A stretch of 64,000 nt of DNA from Raillietiella orientalis. Taxonomy: Eukaryota. The stretch is taken from contig JAYWIR010000018.1 in assembly GCA_036172245.1 (NCBI GenBank), forward strand, positions 992,001-1,056,000, in the 5' to 3' direction. Under the pieces are notes generated by a model. That model had not been told where the DNA came from, did not search any database, and saw nothing but the letters and a program-made list of their open reading frames with translations. Below are positions 40,810 through 52,739 of this stretch, in pieces (within the stretch, counting starts at the first letter, position 1; every line of letters begins with the position of its first letter). Both the position numbers and the translations under genes were made by a program.

Positions 40810-41560
40810 GGTCCCAGTTAGCTTATTCCTTTCCCCAATCTTCGGATACTTTTAGCATCCAGTTCTTCGTTTTTAGTTCTCAAGACTAAACCGTACCGAA
40901 TCGAAACTTTCTTTAACTCAGATGCCCTATAGGACCCATTTTTTTTCTTAATCAAACAAAGCAAACAATGTTGCAAATCCTTGAGAACAGTTTCACAGAA
41001 CTACGAAGCAATCCACAATGGTGGACCAAAGCTGCCGAAAACTATTGGTTTAAAATTAAGTTCTCATGAACTGTTTTACACCCCCTTCTCTGTAATTTTA
41101 GCATCGAAATTAATCAGGGCAGTCAAAATGCAAAGACTGAAGTATCCTAATTGATAATCCTGCTCTTCCTACAATCACTGAGCTTCAAATTGTTAAGCTT
41201 ACTAAGAATCTGCAAGCTTCAGACTGAAGCAAAGTGCCATCTTTTTTTCTTTTTCTTTTTGCTCTTCATTTAGGGACGAATTCAGTTTCCATGGCAAACC
41301 GTGGCATGCTGATATGACTAGTCGTGGTCTTCTTTGAACTCTTCATCGTTCAGAGACCAGAGATGATAACTTGAAATGCGAGATAAAGGATTCGGGTCAT
41401 ATGTGATTTCGTAAACAGATTCTTCCTCCACTTCTGGAAAAATAAGTACTTATTCTCGCAGTTAAAGGAACCCTTCTGAAAGGCAGCCAAGAAAGAAACC
41501 AAAAAATTTCAGAAGATAGCAGATAAATCGCTTAAAACAGTATAAAACTTAATTCTCATC
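40810..41560 (+). other. Decayed chuvirus-like L polymerase fragment
   Basis: LFLSPIFGYF*HPV...RTESKL resembles PSxxGGxP...VRAESDLL; downstream LIDNPALP resembles LxxDPxxL. Confidence 0.4.
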
Positions 41561-41699
41561 TTACACTTACTAACTGAGGTTCGACTGATACAAAGCAGTG
41601 CAACATTCGATGTCTTCGCGTTTTTCACTGTTCAATGGGAGCCGTAGTGCAGTGGCGACAATTTTGCTGACCGTGGGGGGCTAGCAATGCTCCCATCCG

Positions 41700-42720
41700 G
41701 CTAGAAGCCTCCTCCTCAAGACACCTTCGTTCAAAGCTGAGAGCATTCTTCTCACCAAGTGGCGAATGTACTTAGCCGATGCGCATACTTGGCCTTCGGA
41801 GTTCAGCAGACCCGTCGCGCCCCATTGCCAGGTTCGGCTCTCTGACTACGCAGCGCTGTCTGCCCTAAGGGCAAGAGATGACAGTTACCTACCGACGGGG
41901 TGGGAGGTGGCCTGCACGATCGCAGGAACAACTCGACCCATGGCCGGCAGGAGAACTAGCGAGCTGGCAGACGCTGCCATTCGCAATTGGGCTAAGGGAC
42001 TCTTTCGAGCTCCTGAGTGTACAGAGTGCATTCGGAGCGAGCTCCTGAGTGTGACCCCCGAAGAAATTGCGGTCCCTCCTTCGTGCATGCGCACGTCTAT
42101 GTTCCCCTTCCGATGGAAATAGGACGCGCTTCTGCTGGTGCATTCCGTTGCAATCAGCGAGCGAATCTAGTTTCCGGGGGAGTTACGTCCCCGAGCTGTG
42201 GAAGGTGAGGAGCAACGGAATCGTTCCTGCACCTGCTCTTTAACTACGGTGCCGTCCGAGGACTATGGCCGAGGCTGTCTTCAGCGCTCCTGCATCCGGG
42301 GAACACCGCAATGGACTTGATGGACCGCTTCTTCACGCGCGACGGCCTCTCGCTAGGTGCGGTCATTGCAATGATCTGTTGCATCCGCTCCATCGTCATG
42401 GCACGCCACGTGTTGGAGTCGTGAGTGTGAACGTTGGTGTTTGCAACATGGGCATGACTTCCAGGTGGCCTCGCATCAACTAAGAAGTGAGTAAGGAGAT
42501 CTCCGGCATTGAACGCCGGTTCTGAGAGGAAGGAACGTCGGAAGCCAAAGACCCCTGTACCCATCCATATCTTTTTGTATTTATTTATTTTCCCCTCCCT
42601 CTCGTTTCGGACCCTCAGTATGCCCGACCTGCGTGTCGGAGAACCCTCCCCCTGAACTTCTGTTCCCTTTGCCTGCGAACTTTGTTCCCAGATTATTTCC
42701 ACTTTTAATAAACGTTCCGG
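41700..42720 (+). mobile_element. L1/Tx1-like LINE 3' end
   Basis: SCGR*GATESFLHLLFNY...LWPRLSSALLH...DRFFTRDGLSLGAVIAMICCIRSIV, T-rich UTR, AATAAAC at about 42707. Confidence 0.75.
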
Positions 42721-43600
42721 CGCAACCGGGTAAGAACCGACTACACAGCGCACTTCGCGAGGCCCTTGACTCGGTTGCCTGCCTAGGATGATGGCTTGCA
42801 GGAAGGCTTCTCTGAGCTCCTTGTTTCGGCAGCATCTTCAGGAAGATGAAGAAAGCACCACTCGTGGAAGAAACGCGCACAATCTTGAATGTGATCCCGA
42901 ACTTTCACTGTGTTGATGGTGCAGTCTGCCAGGAAGGTTCGGAGTTCTTTACGCAATTCCAGGTTGCTGATAAAGCTTCCTGAAATTCTCCAGATCTTCC
43001 TTTCAGGGTCCTTTTTGTGCGGAACTAGCTCAAATTAGATCCTGGGATGACTCGACAAGGAAGACCGCATTCGTCCTCGTTGTCCCATCCTCCAGCAGAG
43101 GTGGTCACCGAGGAACCATGGACGATGGAGTCGAACATCCCAGGTTCGTTTACCAGCAGATTCGTGATGCGCATCGCTGCACATTGGATTTTTCGCGCAG
43201 ACTCAGGAAGCTTCTTCTGAGAACAGGCAGACATTAAAGTCCCCTACCATGAGATGAGCGGCCCCTGAGTGTACAGATTGCAGCCAGTCCTACTGCACAC
43301 CCCACAAAGAGTCCGCTCGATTTCGGCGGAACTGGGAGTTGGGGAGCAGGATGAGTGAATGTTCGTTTTGACAAGGTTCATCGAGTCCGAGCTCATGGGC
43401 ACCAGCTGTTCCCTATGACCATCCTCTCCGAAACTCACAACTCATAGTCCTGCCGCGTGAGGGTTCAAGAAGAATGCGATCCCGCAAATACGTGCCGAGC
43501 CCTAGTCCGCCTCAAGCATTCTTTCTGAAAAGTCCTCGATTTCACGAATCATCCGTGCATCCTTAGAAGAAGCAACTGTCGGAACTCCTCAGGGATTCCG
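42720..43600 (-). mobile_element. Decayed LINE APE endonuclease fragment
   Basis: ARICGIAFFLNP and HLMVGDFNV motifs. Confidence 0.65.
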
Positions 43601-43619
43601 CAATCGCGTGCCTCCTCGC

Positions 43620-44350
43620 GTCGGCCCACGCTGGCTACCGTGTGGCTACGGTCTCCTCTCGTGGTACAAAGCGTTGCGGGTTCGGACCCACACGTGGAAG
43701 ATCGAAGCCGAGAAACTGGGTTCGTCGTGGGTTTCAAGTCCTTCTCGCAGGACGACGCTAAGTGGTCTCCATTGGTCTGCTTCCGATGGGGGCACCGGTG
43801 GAAGCCGGAAACCGGATGCCTATGCCTCCGTTGACTGAACGGGATTGGAAGTTGGCCATCCGGGGTCCTTGCAAGAACCAGGGAGTCCTTCGGGGTTCCC
43901 CTCCAGTTGTGAAGGTGGATCCGCCTTCCCTTCCCCTCGGGGGATCCTTCATCACGTACCAGGGAGATGGTTGATATCTTTCCACAGTGCGGAGGAGCGT
44001 TCTGCTCCCTTCGGGGAGCGCCATTCAGGGAAATCGAGAGGAGTCTCTTCTGGGTTCTCTTCAGGGGAGTAAACAGGGAGAGATTCCCTCGCGGGTTCCT
44101 CCAGGGCTGAAATTCCAGAAGCGCAGATCCTTTAAGGGCTCTGTTTTGGAGAAGAAAATGAGGAGAAAGCCCCTCCAGAGGGTCTCTCCGAAGAAAATAA
44201 GGAAGAGGTTCCCTTCGGGGTTTCCTTCGGAGACAACCAGGGCGAGGGTTTCATGAACCCTCGGGTGACATAGACAGCGTTAAAGAGCTTTGAAGGTGCC
44301 TTACTAAGAAGGCGAACGGTTCTTCAGAACGAGAAAAAGGGGAAAAAAAG
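43620..44350 (+). mobile_element. tRNA-headed SINE-like repeat, diverged copy
   Basis: B-box-like GGTTCGGACCC at 43679-43689, UUCG hairpin body, GACAGCGTTAAAGA motif, A-rich tail; homologous to copies at 47.6, 54.4 and 63.7 kb. Confidence 0.7.
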
Positions 44351-44399
44351 TTGGAAGTGGAAGCAGCGAAACGGAGAGGAACCCGAAAGTATTTCCTTC

Positions 44400-45340
44400 A
44401 TCGGTAACACCCCCCTTTCCTCAGTGCTGCCCTCCCCAAGGGACTCAGGGGACAGCGCAATCCCGGCAAGGTGGGAAGTGACATGCTGCATGGCAGCAAA
44501 GACGGAACTTTTGGGGGTGTGGACAACTCGGGAGGCCACGGACGCTGAGACCTCGAGCAAAATACCCCGAAAACTTCTACGCTTGAGAGAGCTGCTCGGC
44601 ATCCCTCCAGAGGAGGTGAAGTGGTCCTCAGCACGCTGGAACAGTGGCGCCCTCCCCTTCAAGTGGCATGCGTCGGCATTGCTGGTGTTGCATGGAGGAA
44701 TCCCGTACAAAGCGCGCCTTCTCCACTGGACACGGGGGGGAGCGTAGACAGTCAGTGAGACAGGTGCGGGAAAGAGGAGACCCTCCCACACCTGCTGTTG
44801 GACTGTGCTGCCCTCCAATCACTTTGGAATCGCCTGGCGACGAACCCTAGGAACCCCGGTGGGGGACCCCAGGAACTTTTTGAAACGCCTCTTCACACGT
44901 GGTGCCTCACCGCTTCCAGCCGCGTCCCCCGCAGCTTTCCTCCGCCTTCGTGGGATCGCGGCGGCCTGGAACGCCAGAAGAAGAGGCCGAAATGGCAGGA
45001 ACGCCATCCACTGGGCTCGGATCTTCCTGGAGACCGCCTCGAGATGGCTCCACCCGGGCGCTATGCGGACGGAACGCGCCAGCATCCTGAACAGGATGCA
45101 GAGGACGCAGGACAGCGTGTCGTGTTCCCTTCCTCGGTTCCCCTCCCCCCTCCTTCCCGTGTATAATTTCGCCTCTCCTGTTTTGTTGGTTTATTTTTTC
45201 GTCTTTGTTTTCCCCTCCTTCGAGCGGCCGAAGCGGACCTCACCGGCCTGCGCACCGCTCTTCGGCAGTTCATTGCGCGTGGTAGAACCGACGGTTCGAC
45301 CACACCAATGTATTTTCATCACGTTATGTAATAAATGCTC
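44400..45340 (+). mobile_element. L1/Tx1-like LINE 3' end
   Basis: LLGIPPEEVKW...LLVLHGGIPYKARLLHW ... KEETLPHLLLDC; T-rich UTR; AATAAA at about 45330. Confidence 0.75.
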
Positions 45341-46440
45341 TAAAATAATCGGGTGATAATCATTGGCAACATCTTCAGGTTGCCCCTTCCACAGGCTGCT
45401 ATTCTATGCGGCCAGAAGGAGAAGTTTGCGAGGCCAACCCTCATGTTACTTCCGGGAAGTTGGCCTTGATTTCCTCTCAGAGGGGGAGCTCTGCACAATC
45501 TCACAACAGCTGCTGGATCGGCTTCACCTTTCGAGGAGCCCCAGAAGTTACGTTGCCATAGCTTCCTCCTCCGGAGGCGCGTTGGGGAGACTTGGCTCGA
45601 AGTCGCCCCGAAACGCGCATGGCATCCCTCCTTGGAGCTTTGGAGCGTGCATCTCCGCCGGGCTTTGACTCTTCTGCAGCGCACCTGCGCTTCCCGGAGG
45701 GGAGCGCTGGTGTCGCTGTGCGTGCCCCGTACGATTTCAGGACACCTGATCGGGCTTGCGCGCATAGATGAGGCGGCTACAGCGGCAGCGATCATTCCCC
45801 CCTCCACAGCTTCGTGGATCTTGAGCACAGCGATCGAAACTCCCGTTGAGAGCGTTCTTGTCTGGTCGTGTTGGTTGCGGGCGATGGCGCTGCTTCGCGA
45901 CAACATTTCGGGACAGGTTCCCCGCCGCGAGTTGCCCTTTCCCAATTCGAGGATGAAACGCCTGCTTTAGAAGCGCAACCCATCGCTTCCCTCCCACCCC
46001 CTCCAATCCCCGATGAAGAAGCGGAGAGCAGCCTGTTCCCTTCAACAACGGCGCCGCAGCTTTTGAGCGCTCGTCGCAGCGAAGCGCAGCGTTGCACGAG
46101 GCGCGCAGTGGCCACGTATATCTTCCCGGCTGATCGCAAGGGGCACCGGATCTTCTGGCATATCCCGAAGGTTTCCGGCACCCGCTAAGTTGCTCACGTG
46201 CCACGCGCACTGGGATTTCACAGCCAATGTCCGGGATCGCCGATCTGTAAGCCACCGCCGCACGCGCTTGGGCCGACCTACTGGAGACCCTGAACAGTTC
46301 CAAGAATGAAGAGGCAGTAGGGAATCGCTTCATCCTGAGCACGTGGGTTCTGAGCAACGTTGGTAGTTCAGCCATCCGCTGCGTCTTGCGGCATGTCGAT
46401 GGTGATGCCCGTCACCTGGATAACCGCCAACAGATGCTCT
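45340..46440 (-). mobile_element. Decayed LINE ORF1-like fragment
   Basis: Long minus-strand frames with GEPVPKCC...TKLWRG zinc-knuckle-like remnants. Confidence 0.35.
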
Positions 46441-46499
46441 GGGGCGGAGAAAATTCCCCCTCCCCCTCCCCCCTCCCCAACGCTTTACTGATAAGAGAC

Positions 46500-47600
46500 G
46501 GTTTACCATGTCTCCATTTTGACAGAGCTACCCCATTCCTTTCCCCTTCCTAGGAACGATATCGGAATATCACCAGGATCATTCCTTCAGAAGGAAGATC
46601 CCCGGATTTCCTGCAATCACCCCGCCAGCCACAACTGGTGGCTGCAGGAACCCACTCTTACCTGGACACAGATATGTGACTTAAGCCTGGAAGACGAACT
46701 CCTGCTAGTTACCGAGGAACAGTTTCCCTCGCAGGGATGATCCGGGATCGAAAGGAGACGCGCATGCATCACTCCCTTTCCAGAATCGCTGTCCTTTCAA
46801 AGGGAAATCCTGGGCCTTCCTCAACGGCAGTTGCAAACGAGAATGCTTAGAATGGGAGTTCTTTTTCTTTTCTTTTTTTTCCACAAACAAAACGCCGATG
46901 GTTGCTGGGGAAAAAAAGTCTTGGTGGATGGTGCGCAAAATGTTAGAGGGGATCGGTGGCTTCGATAAGTCTTGTTTCTTCTCAGAATGGGACGTCGAGA
47001 AGTTCCCTCCTGTCGCTTGCGCACTTGCGGCAGAACAGCCAATGTGCCACTACGGTTTCCAGGAGCGCGCTGGATGCTGCCACATCCTTCCTCCTCCCCC
47101 TTCCTCCTCTGCTCGACCTCGTTGGATTTGCGTCGATGGCTCCGAGCTGTCACGTGTGTCCCCGACGAACTTGTGGTCCCTCCCGGATGTCTGAACACTT
47201 CCGCGTTCCCTTTGAGTTGGAAACGGGCTGTGCCGCTGTTTTTGCACCGAAGGCTCAAGTGAGATCGGCGCCTGCACCCAGCTCCTGGAAGAGTTGTGTC
47301 TCTGGACCATACCAGGTGAGGGTCGGTGGAAGCGATCCTGCACTCTGCTTTTCGACTGCAGTGTCCTCCACAAAGCTAGAAGAGGCTGGCTTCCGCGCTC
47401 CATCACCAGGGGGACATCGCCCTGTGACCTGCTGTGGCGATTTTTCATGCGCAGCGGACTCTCGACAGGTGCCGCGATTGCGACGAAACGTTGCGTCCGC
47501 GCCGCCATCACGCTCCTCCACGTCTTCGAGAAGGAAGTCCACCCGCGTGGAAGCTGCCTACACGAGAGAGGTTTCTTGGTGGTCACCTGTCTAGAAGGGT
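46500..47600 (+). mobile_element. L1/Tx1-like LINE ORF2 C-terminal fragment, truncated by SINE
   Basis: TLLFDCSVLH...DLLWRFFMRSGLSTGAAIATKRCVRAAI, homologous to the 23.6, 42.3 and 62.0 kb copies. Confidence 0.7.
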
Positions 47601-47619
47601 TTGGCAGCCGTGCGACTGT

Positions 47620-48310
47620 AGTCTCCGAGCGTGATCGGAAGTTGACCCTCTGGGGTCCTTCTATGGACCAGAGAGTCCTTTAGGATTCCTCTCCGGTTAC
47701 GAAGGTGGGATTCGTTCTCCTCTCCCTTCGGGGAATCCTTCATCGCGTACCAGGGAACTGGTAGATGCCTCTCCAGAGTGTGGAGAAGCGCGCTTCTCCC
47801 TTCGGGGAGCGCCCTTCAGGGAAATCGGGAAGCGTCCCTTAGGGGTTCTCTCCAAAACTGTGTTTCTCCCTTTAAGGGTTTGATTTCAGGGACAGTACTG
47901 CACACTTGCTTTTATTTCCTTCAGAGGAGGAAACAGGGAGCGGTTCCCTTGCCAGGGATCCCTCCGGAGAAGGGGCGGATCCGTTTCGGGTTCCCTTCGG
48001 AGAGAAACGAGGGAGAGGTCCTGTCCGGAGGGTCCCCCTGGAGAGAATGAGGAAGAGGTGGTTCCCTTCGGAGACAACCAGGGTGGAAGAGGTGGAGGTA
48101 AGAGGAATAATAAGGCTCCTTCCCTCCGGAGCCTTCCTGGATTCATAGGGTGGTGCCTCCAGGGTTACCACCTAACTTTGAAGAGTGATCCTCACCCTCA
48201 GCGGTGGCGTGGACAGCGTTAAAGAACTCCGTTGCCCCCCTCCCCTCCTCCTTAGGAGGCGCACGTTTCTTCAGCACTTGGCGAACCCCGAGAAAAAACG
48301 AGAAGAGGAA
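47620..48310 (+). mobile_element. SINE-like repeat, 5'-truncated; near-identical inverted partner at 54.4-55.1 kb
   Basis: Almost identical translated frames at 47872-48171(-) and 54530-54829(+); A-rich tail. Confidence 0.85.
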
Positions 48311-48559
48311 GTCAAGGCGGAGACTGGCAGCATTCAGAGCTGGTTTTAGGAGGAAGGAATGGTCGAACTCGGTGACCACTGTCCTCATCCTTCCCCTTTT
48401 ATTTATTTAGTCATTGTGTCCTCCCTCCCGTCCCCGTCTTCCTCGGTGTTTGAGAAGGAACGGGAAAGGCCAAAGACCCCTCCTGCTTTCTCCTTCCGTC
48501 CATTTGTTTGCATTTTTGTTTATGACCACCTCCCGCCCAACCGTTCCGGACTTCTGGAG

Positions 48560-49240
48560 CGGACGACCTGCGTGTAGACGCAGCTTCCCTTCGAGATTCT
48601 TTTGGGAACTTCGTGGTCCGCAACATGTTTTCTCACCTTTTGAATACAGCCCCGGCGTGGCCGGATGATAAACCTTGTTGGATTCGAAGTTCTTGTAGAA
48701 TCCGGGTTCCGTGACCCGAGCCATCCTACGGCGCTGTCTCGTTCCAAGGCGGGCGATCCTTTAGGAGGAAGATGCCGAGAGAAACTCCCAGATTCGGTAC
48801 CCTTCCTTTTTCTAAGGTGTTTCGGGATTGCAGAGTTGCTTTCGGAGAATCAGAGTACATCGAGCAGGCAACGCGAGGTCAGGTCGGACGCTGCAATCCT
48901 CTCCAGAAACCGGTTGGATGGAAGCAGTCAGCTCCCAGTCCTCTGTCGCCATCCTTTTGAATTTGTTTAACGACTCATCACAGAGATGGGTCGTGGCCTG
49001 GGAGTCGAACGTGGGGCGGTTGACAGCACTCTTGCCACACTACGCATCGCCCTGCAGTTGCGGTGGACACAGCTTCTTCTGCCGGGCGTGGCTCGTGATG
49101 GCGTCAGGTGTATCGTCCGGCTACGCTGTAGCTTTTATCACGAAAACGAACACACCAACACTGGTGCTAGGACTGGTAGTCCCACCGCATTCAAAGACGC
49201 AATCTGCCGAGATGCCTGTGCGCAGACCGCGGAGGTCCGC
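48560..49240 (-). mobile_element. Decayed LINE RT N-terminal fragment
   Basis: ALERDSAVG / PGFYKNF / GLYSKGE resemble KSPGxDG..EFY..LIxKKG. Confidence 0.5.
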
Positions 49241-49244
49241 TCAA

Positions 49245-49950
49245 ACAAAAAACCGAAATAGAAATGAATAAACAACCGAATACGGGAAGCCTGTTTAGGG
49301 AGGGTTCGGGAAGGGATCACGGCTCGCTGTGCGGCGTCCTCCGCATCATTTCAAGAATGCCGGCGAGTTCCTCTGAATTTTTCCGGATGGGGTCACCTCG
49401 TGGCAATCCCCATGAAGAGTTTCGTCCGGTGGATGGCACCCCTCCCGCTCTAGCTTCTTGCAGCGCTTCAGGACGCCACTGTCTCTCGACGGCAGCAAAC
49501 AGCTGCTAAGGACGCGGCTGCGGCTGTGCAGCACTCTCCAAAAAGCGTTTCATTGCATCCCTGGGGCTGCTCACGGAGTTGTGGAGGCCCATCGCAAAAC
49601 GTTCCCAAAGTAGCGGGAGGGACAACTCACTCCACGAGCAGGTGCTGGAGGGTTCCACTTTCCCAGCTCCTGCCACAGTTCAGATCCACACTCTCCCGGG
49701 TTCCGTGATGCAGGCATGCGTTGCCCGATGCACGACCAACAACGCCTGCTCCTGGCACTTCAAGGGAGTGGATCGGGGTGGAACTGTCCCTCAGCACCGA
49801 GGGCAACTGGAGCATCTCGTGGGGGATGCCCAGTTGCCCCCCAGCAGAGCAGTCCTTTTGTCGGGGCACCTGGGATAGCAGCATTCGTCATCTGACATGT
49901 GGACCGCTCACCAAGAGGTTTCTTCTTTCCTGCAATGTTGCGGGTGCCGT
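49245..49950 (-). mobile_element. L1/Tx1-like LINE 3' end
   Basis: QLGIPHEML...LNCGRSWESGTLQHLLVE; T-rich UTR on the minus strand. Confidence 0.65.
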
Positions 49951-50456
49951 TCCACCTTGCCTGCGTGCCACCGTCTAGGACTTCCCTCAAGGAGGGCAGC
50001 GCCGCGTCACGAGGGATCGAAATCGAACCGCGCGCAATAGTCCGTGAACCGCATGCGGTCACCGTTAAAAGGGGAGCGACCGGGAGCATCTGTGCTGGGC
50101 AACGCAGCCCACGGCGGTGCCCTGGTCAGCGCGCTTTCCTATCAGAGAAAGCCATGACTCTGAAAGTCCATAGTAACGAGCGAAACGCCGATGGTCGAAG
50201 AGTCGACAACCGGCTCCCGAGCGAAAGGAGCGCTCCTCTGGGAGGAACATCGAACAACGCACAGTCGGAATCGGAAGCCGCTTCGTTTTATTTTGGACAG
50301 CTCCGCGTTCCCCTTCCAGCGAAATTCGAAAAGTACTCATAGTATTTAATCTGTACGTTTTTATGTACAAAAATTTATTTTGATTTCACTAAAAACAATC
50401 ATCCAATTGCATCACAAACGTCCGTATTTCATCTATTAATTACTAATTATTAATCA

Positions 50457-51450
50457 ATGGGATTCGGTGCCTTCTTCAGCAAAGAAGGGAATTCCCAAAC
50501 CCTTCTCCTTGCCGATAATGAAAAATGTGGGATGAAGTGTCCTCTATCAAAAAAGAGTAATAAAACAAGGAAGGACGCCGCCTGTGTCTTACGCAGTGGC
50601 CAGAAGACGCAGAGGTTATGTGTGAGCATGGAGAAGACCCGGGCCCCTCCTTGGCATGAGGATTCGAGAAACCGAGCAAGCACCCAGGTTGACCTTGAAC
50701 GCACTCGTTTCAATTTGCACTCCTCTCTTGCACGCTGCAGATGCGGCGGGAAGCTGAGAGGAGGGACGGGAATGGATCCAGGTTGTTGTGAAACCCGAGG
50801 ACGCTACGAGCCAGCTTTCTTCTAGTCGAGCGGAGGGGGGAGGGAAATGGAAGGAAAATAAGCTGAGGCCCAATAATTTGCACGTTCTCTTTGCATACCT
50901 GAAAGGCAAGTCCAGACTCCGTTGGTGATACGTAGCGAATGCAGCGTGATGCAACTTTTCGCGAGCAGGGAAGAACACGTAACTTAGGATGCAACGACTC
51001 TAGGGAACACATGACTTGACGAACACGTTTCTTTCACGCCTTTTCTTTTTGGTTTTCTAAGGACTGTTTTTCGCTCGCTTCGCCGACCCTCACATTCCGC
51101 AACACTCGAAGAGCGGGAGACTTGCAGCTCGGAAGAACACGTGGCAGGACGGTTTCCCGATTCGCCGCCTGCAAATACGGGATCTGTACCGAGACTTTAA
51201 ATGATTTACCAGAATTTCAGTATGCTGTGATTGCCTTGTTAGCCGTCAAAGATATCGCAGAAGTAGAGATCACTTTGACCCTTCGAGGCCACGAGACGGG
51301 AAGGCTTTCATTGCAATGAGGAAGGAATGCAGAACCGATTGTGTGAGAAATACAGGAGACGCAAAACGGAGGTTTCTTGAGATACTAACGTTATTGGCCG
51401 TGCAAGAACCCTAAATTTGCTCAAAAGGAGTGTTGTGAAGTGTCGGAAAG
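50457..51450 (+). other. Possible decayed nucleoprotein-like EVE
   Basis: ATG after an AT-rich spacer; HSSLARC ... QLFASREEHVT ... KYGICTETLNDLPEFQYAVIALL...TLRGH. Confidence 0.3.
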
Positions 51451-51599
51451 AAATTTGGATGCCAAGTGCATTCTTCAGTCATTGGTCAACTGCCGTATGG
51501 AACAGATGTTGGCGGTTGCGAAAAAAAAAAAAAAAAGGAAAAGAAAGGAAATGCTGGAGTTCGGTGTTCAAGGGAAGGACACTTTGATCTTAGCCAAAA

Positions 51600-52320
51600 G
51601 GCCGAGAAGCGAAGGAAGGAGGACGCTCGCTGATCCAGAAGTCACATGAATTTCTATTCCTACAGTTACCGGTTGCATTGTAGCAGCTAGTAAGCACAAG
51701 GATGATCATCTTCGAAGGTTTTGCTGAAATGTCTTCGGTCTGGTAGAGATCAGGCGTTTCAGAGGTGATACGTTGCCGCCGATTTGGCGGGAGTTCATCT
51801 TTCCGAGGTTCCCTTCGCGAGGAATTTGGTTTGCTTGGATCGCTTTCGGTTGCAGGCCTTCCTGACACGCTTGTAAATTATGGCAGGCTTCCCAGAATAG
51901 AGTAACTAGGAAATCCAAGCTGGATAACAAGGAATCTCAAGATCGTGGTAAGGCTTCAATCCAGCAAACAAGGAAGTACCGAAGGGAATGGAGGGCACGA
52001 AAGCACATTTGACACAGAAATGCATCTTTTTGATACAGACCCAGGTATCCTGTCAAAGACGGCAACCGAATATGGAAAATAAATAGGGACAAACAACCAT
52101 TAGCCTTACCGGACGTATTCCAGAGGCAGACCGTTTATTCGGTGAGAGCCTGAGATAAAGAAAAAACACTTTTCAAGTCGAGTCCGATTCTTGGAAGCAA
52201 TTCTGCAAATCTCGTAGTCAGCTGTGGTGCACCGACACACACAATGGGGAAGCCCTGTAGGACGGTGACGACATGCCAGCAGTTCATAGTAAATTTTAGG
52301 GCGACTTTTCATTTTATTAG
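51600..52320 (+). other. Decayed nucleoprotein-like EVE
   Basis: NLKIVVRLQSSKQGST ... RPFIR*EPEIKKKHFSSRVRFLEAILQI. Confidence 0.35.
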
Positions 52321-52739
52321 AGTTTTCCCTTATTTATTTTAAAGCTTGTAACCAAAGTATTAGTCTATCTTTTATTGTTGGCGATTCTTTAGAGCATTTA
52401 TGTGAAACTTGGCTTTTAACTGTACATTATTGAATTTCTAAAAGATGTAGACGAACCACCAAACATTCTGGAAATTTTTTGCAATACTTTAAATGTAGCA
52501 AAACGCAAGCCAAATACCGACAAGTTGGCGTCAGAAATGCATCAACTAAAATCAAGCATTAAATGAATTTCAAGTACTTTAAATAACTTGCATCTCTATA
52601 TGTATAAATTAAGTGCTCACGCGATAACCCACGCGCTTACTCATGTGACATGCGGGCAAATTATGCAATAGTAGATTTTGTGTTTTAATGTTATCTTGAA
52701 TATATGTAATAGGTTAAGTATTTAAAATTTTGTGATGTC

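Noticed and set aside
47700..48140. Recurrent CCCTTCGG hairpin units as a CRISPR array or a deltavirus/viroid-like genome
   Set aside because: Units are short, degenerate and irregularly spaced; eukaryotic context with no cas genes; no hammerhead or HDV ribozyme core or delta-antigen ORF recognised.
47872..48171. Duplicated 99-aa ORF (also 54530-54829) as a protein-coding gene or LINE ORF1
   Set aside because: It lies within the SINE-like repeat; frames are not preserved in the diverged copies, and the tRNA head and A-tail define the opposite polarity.
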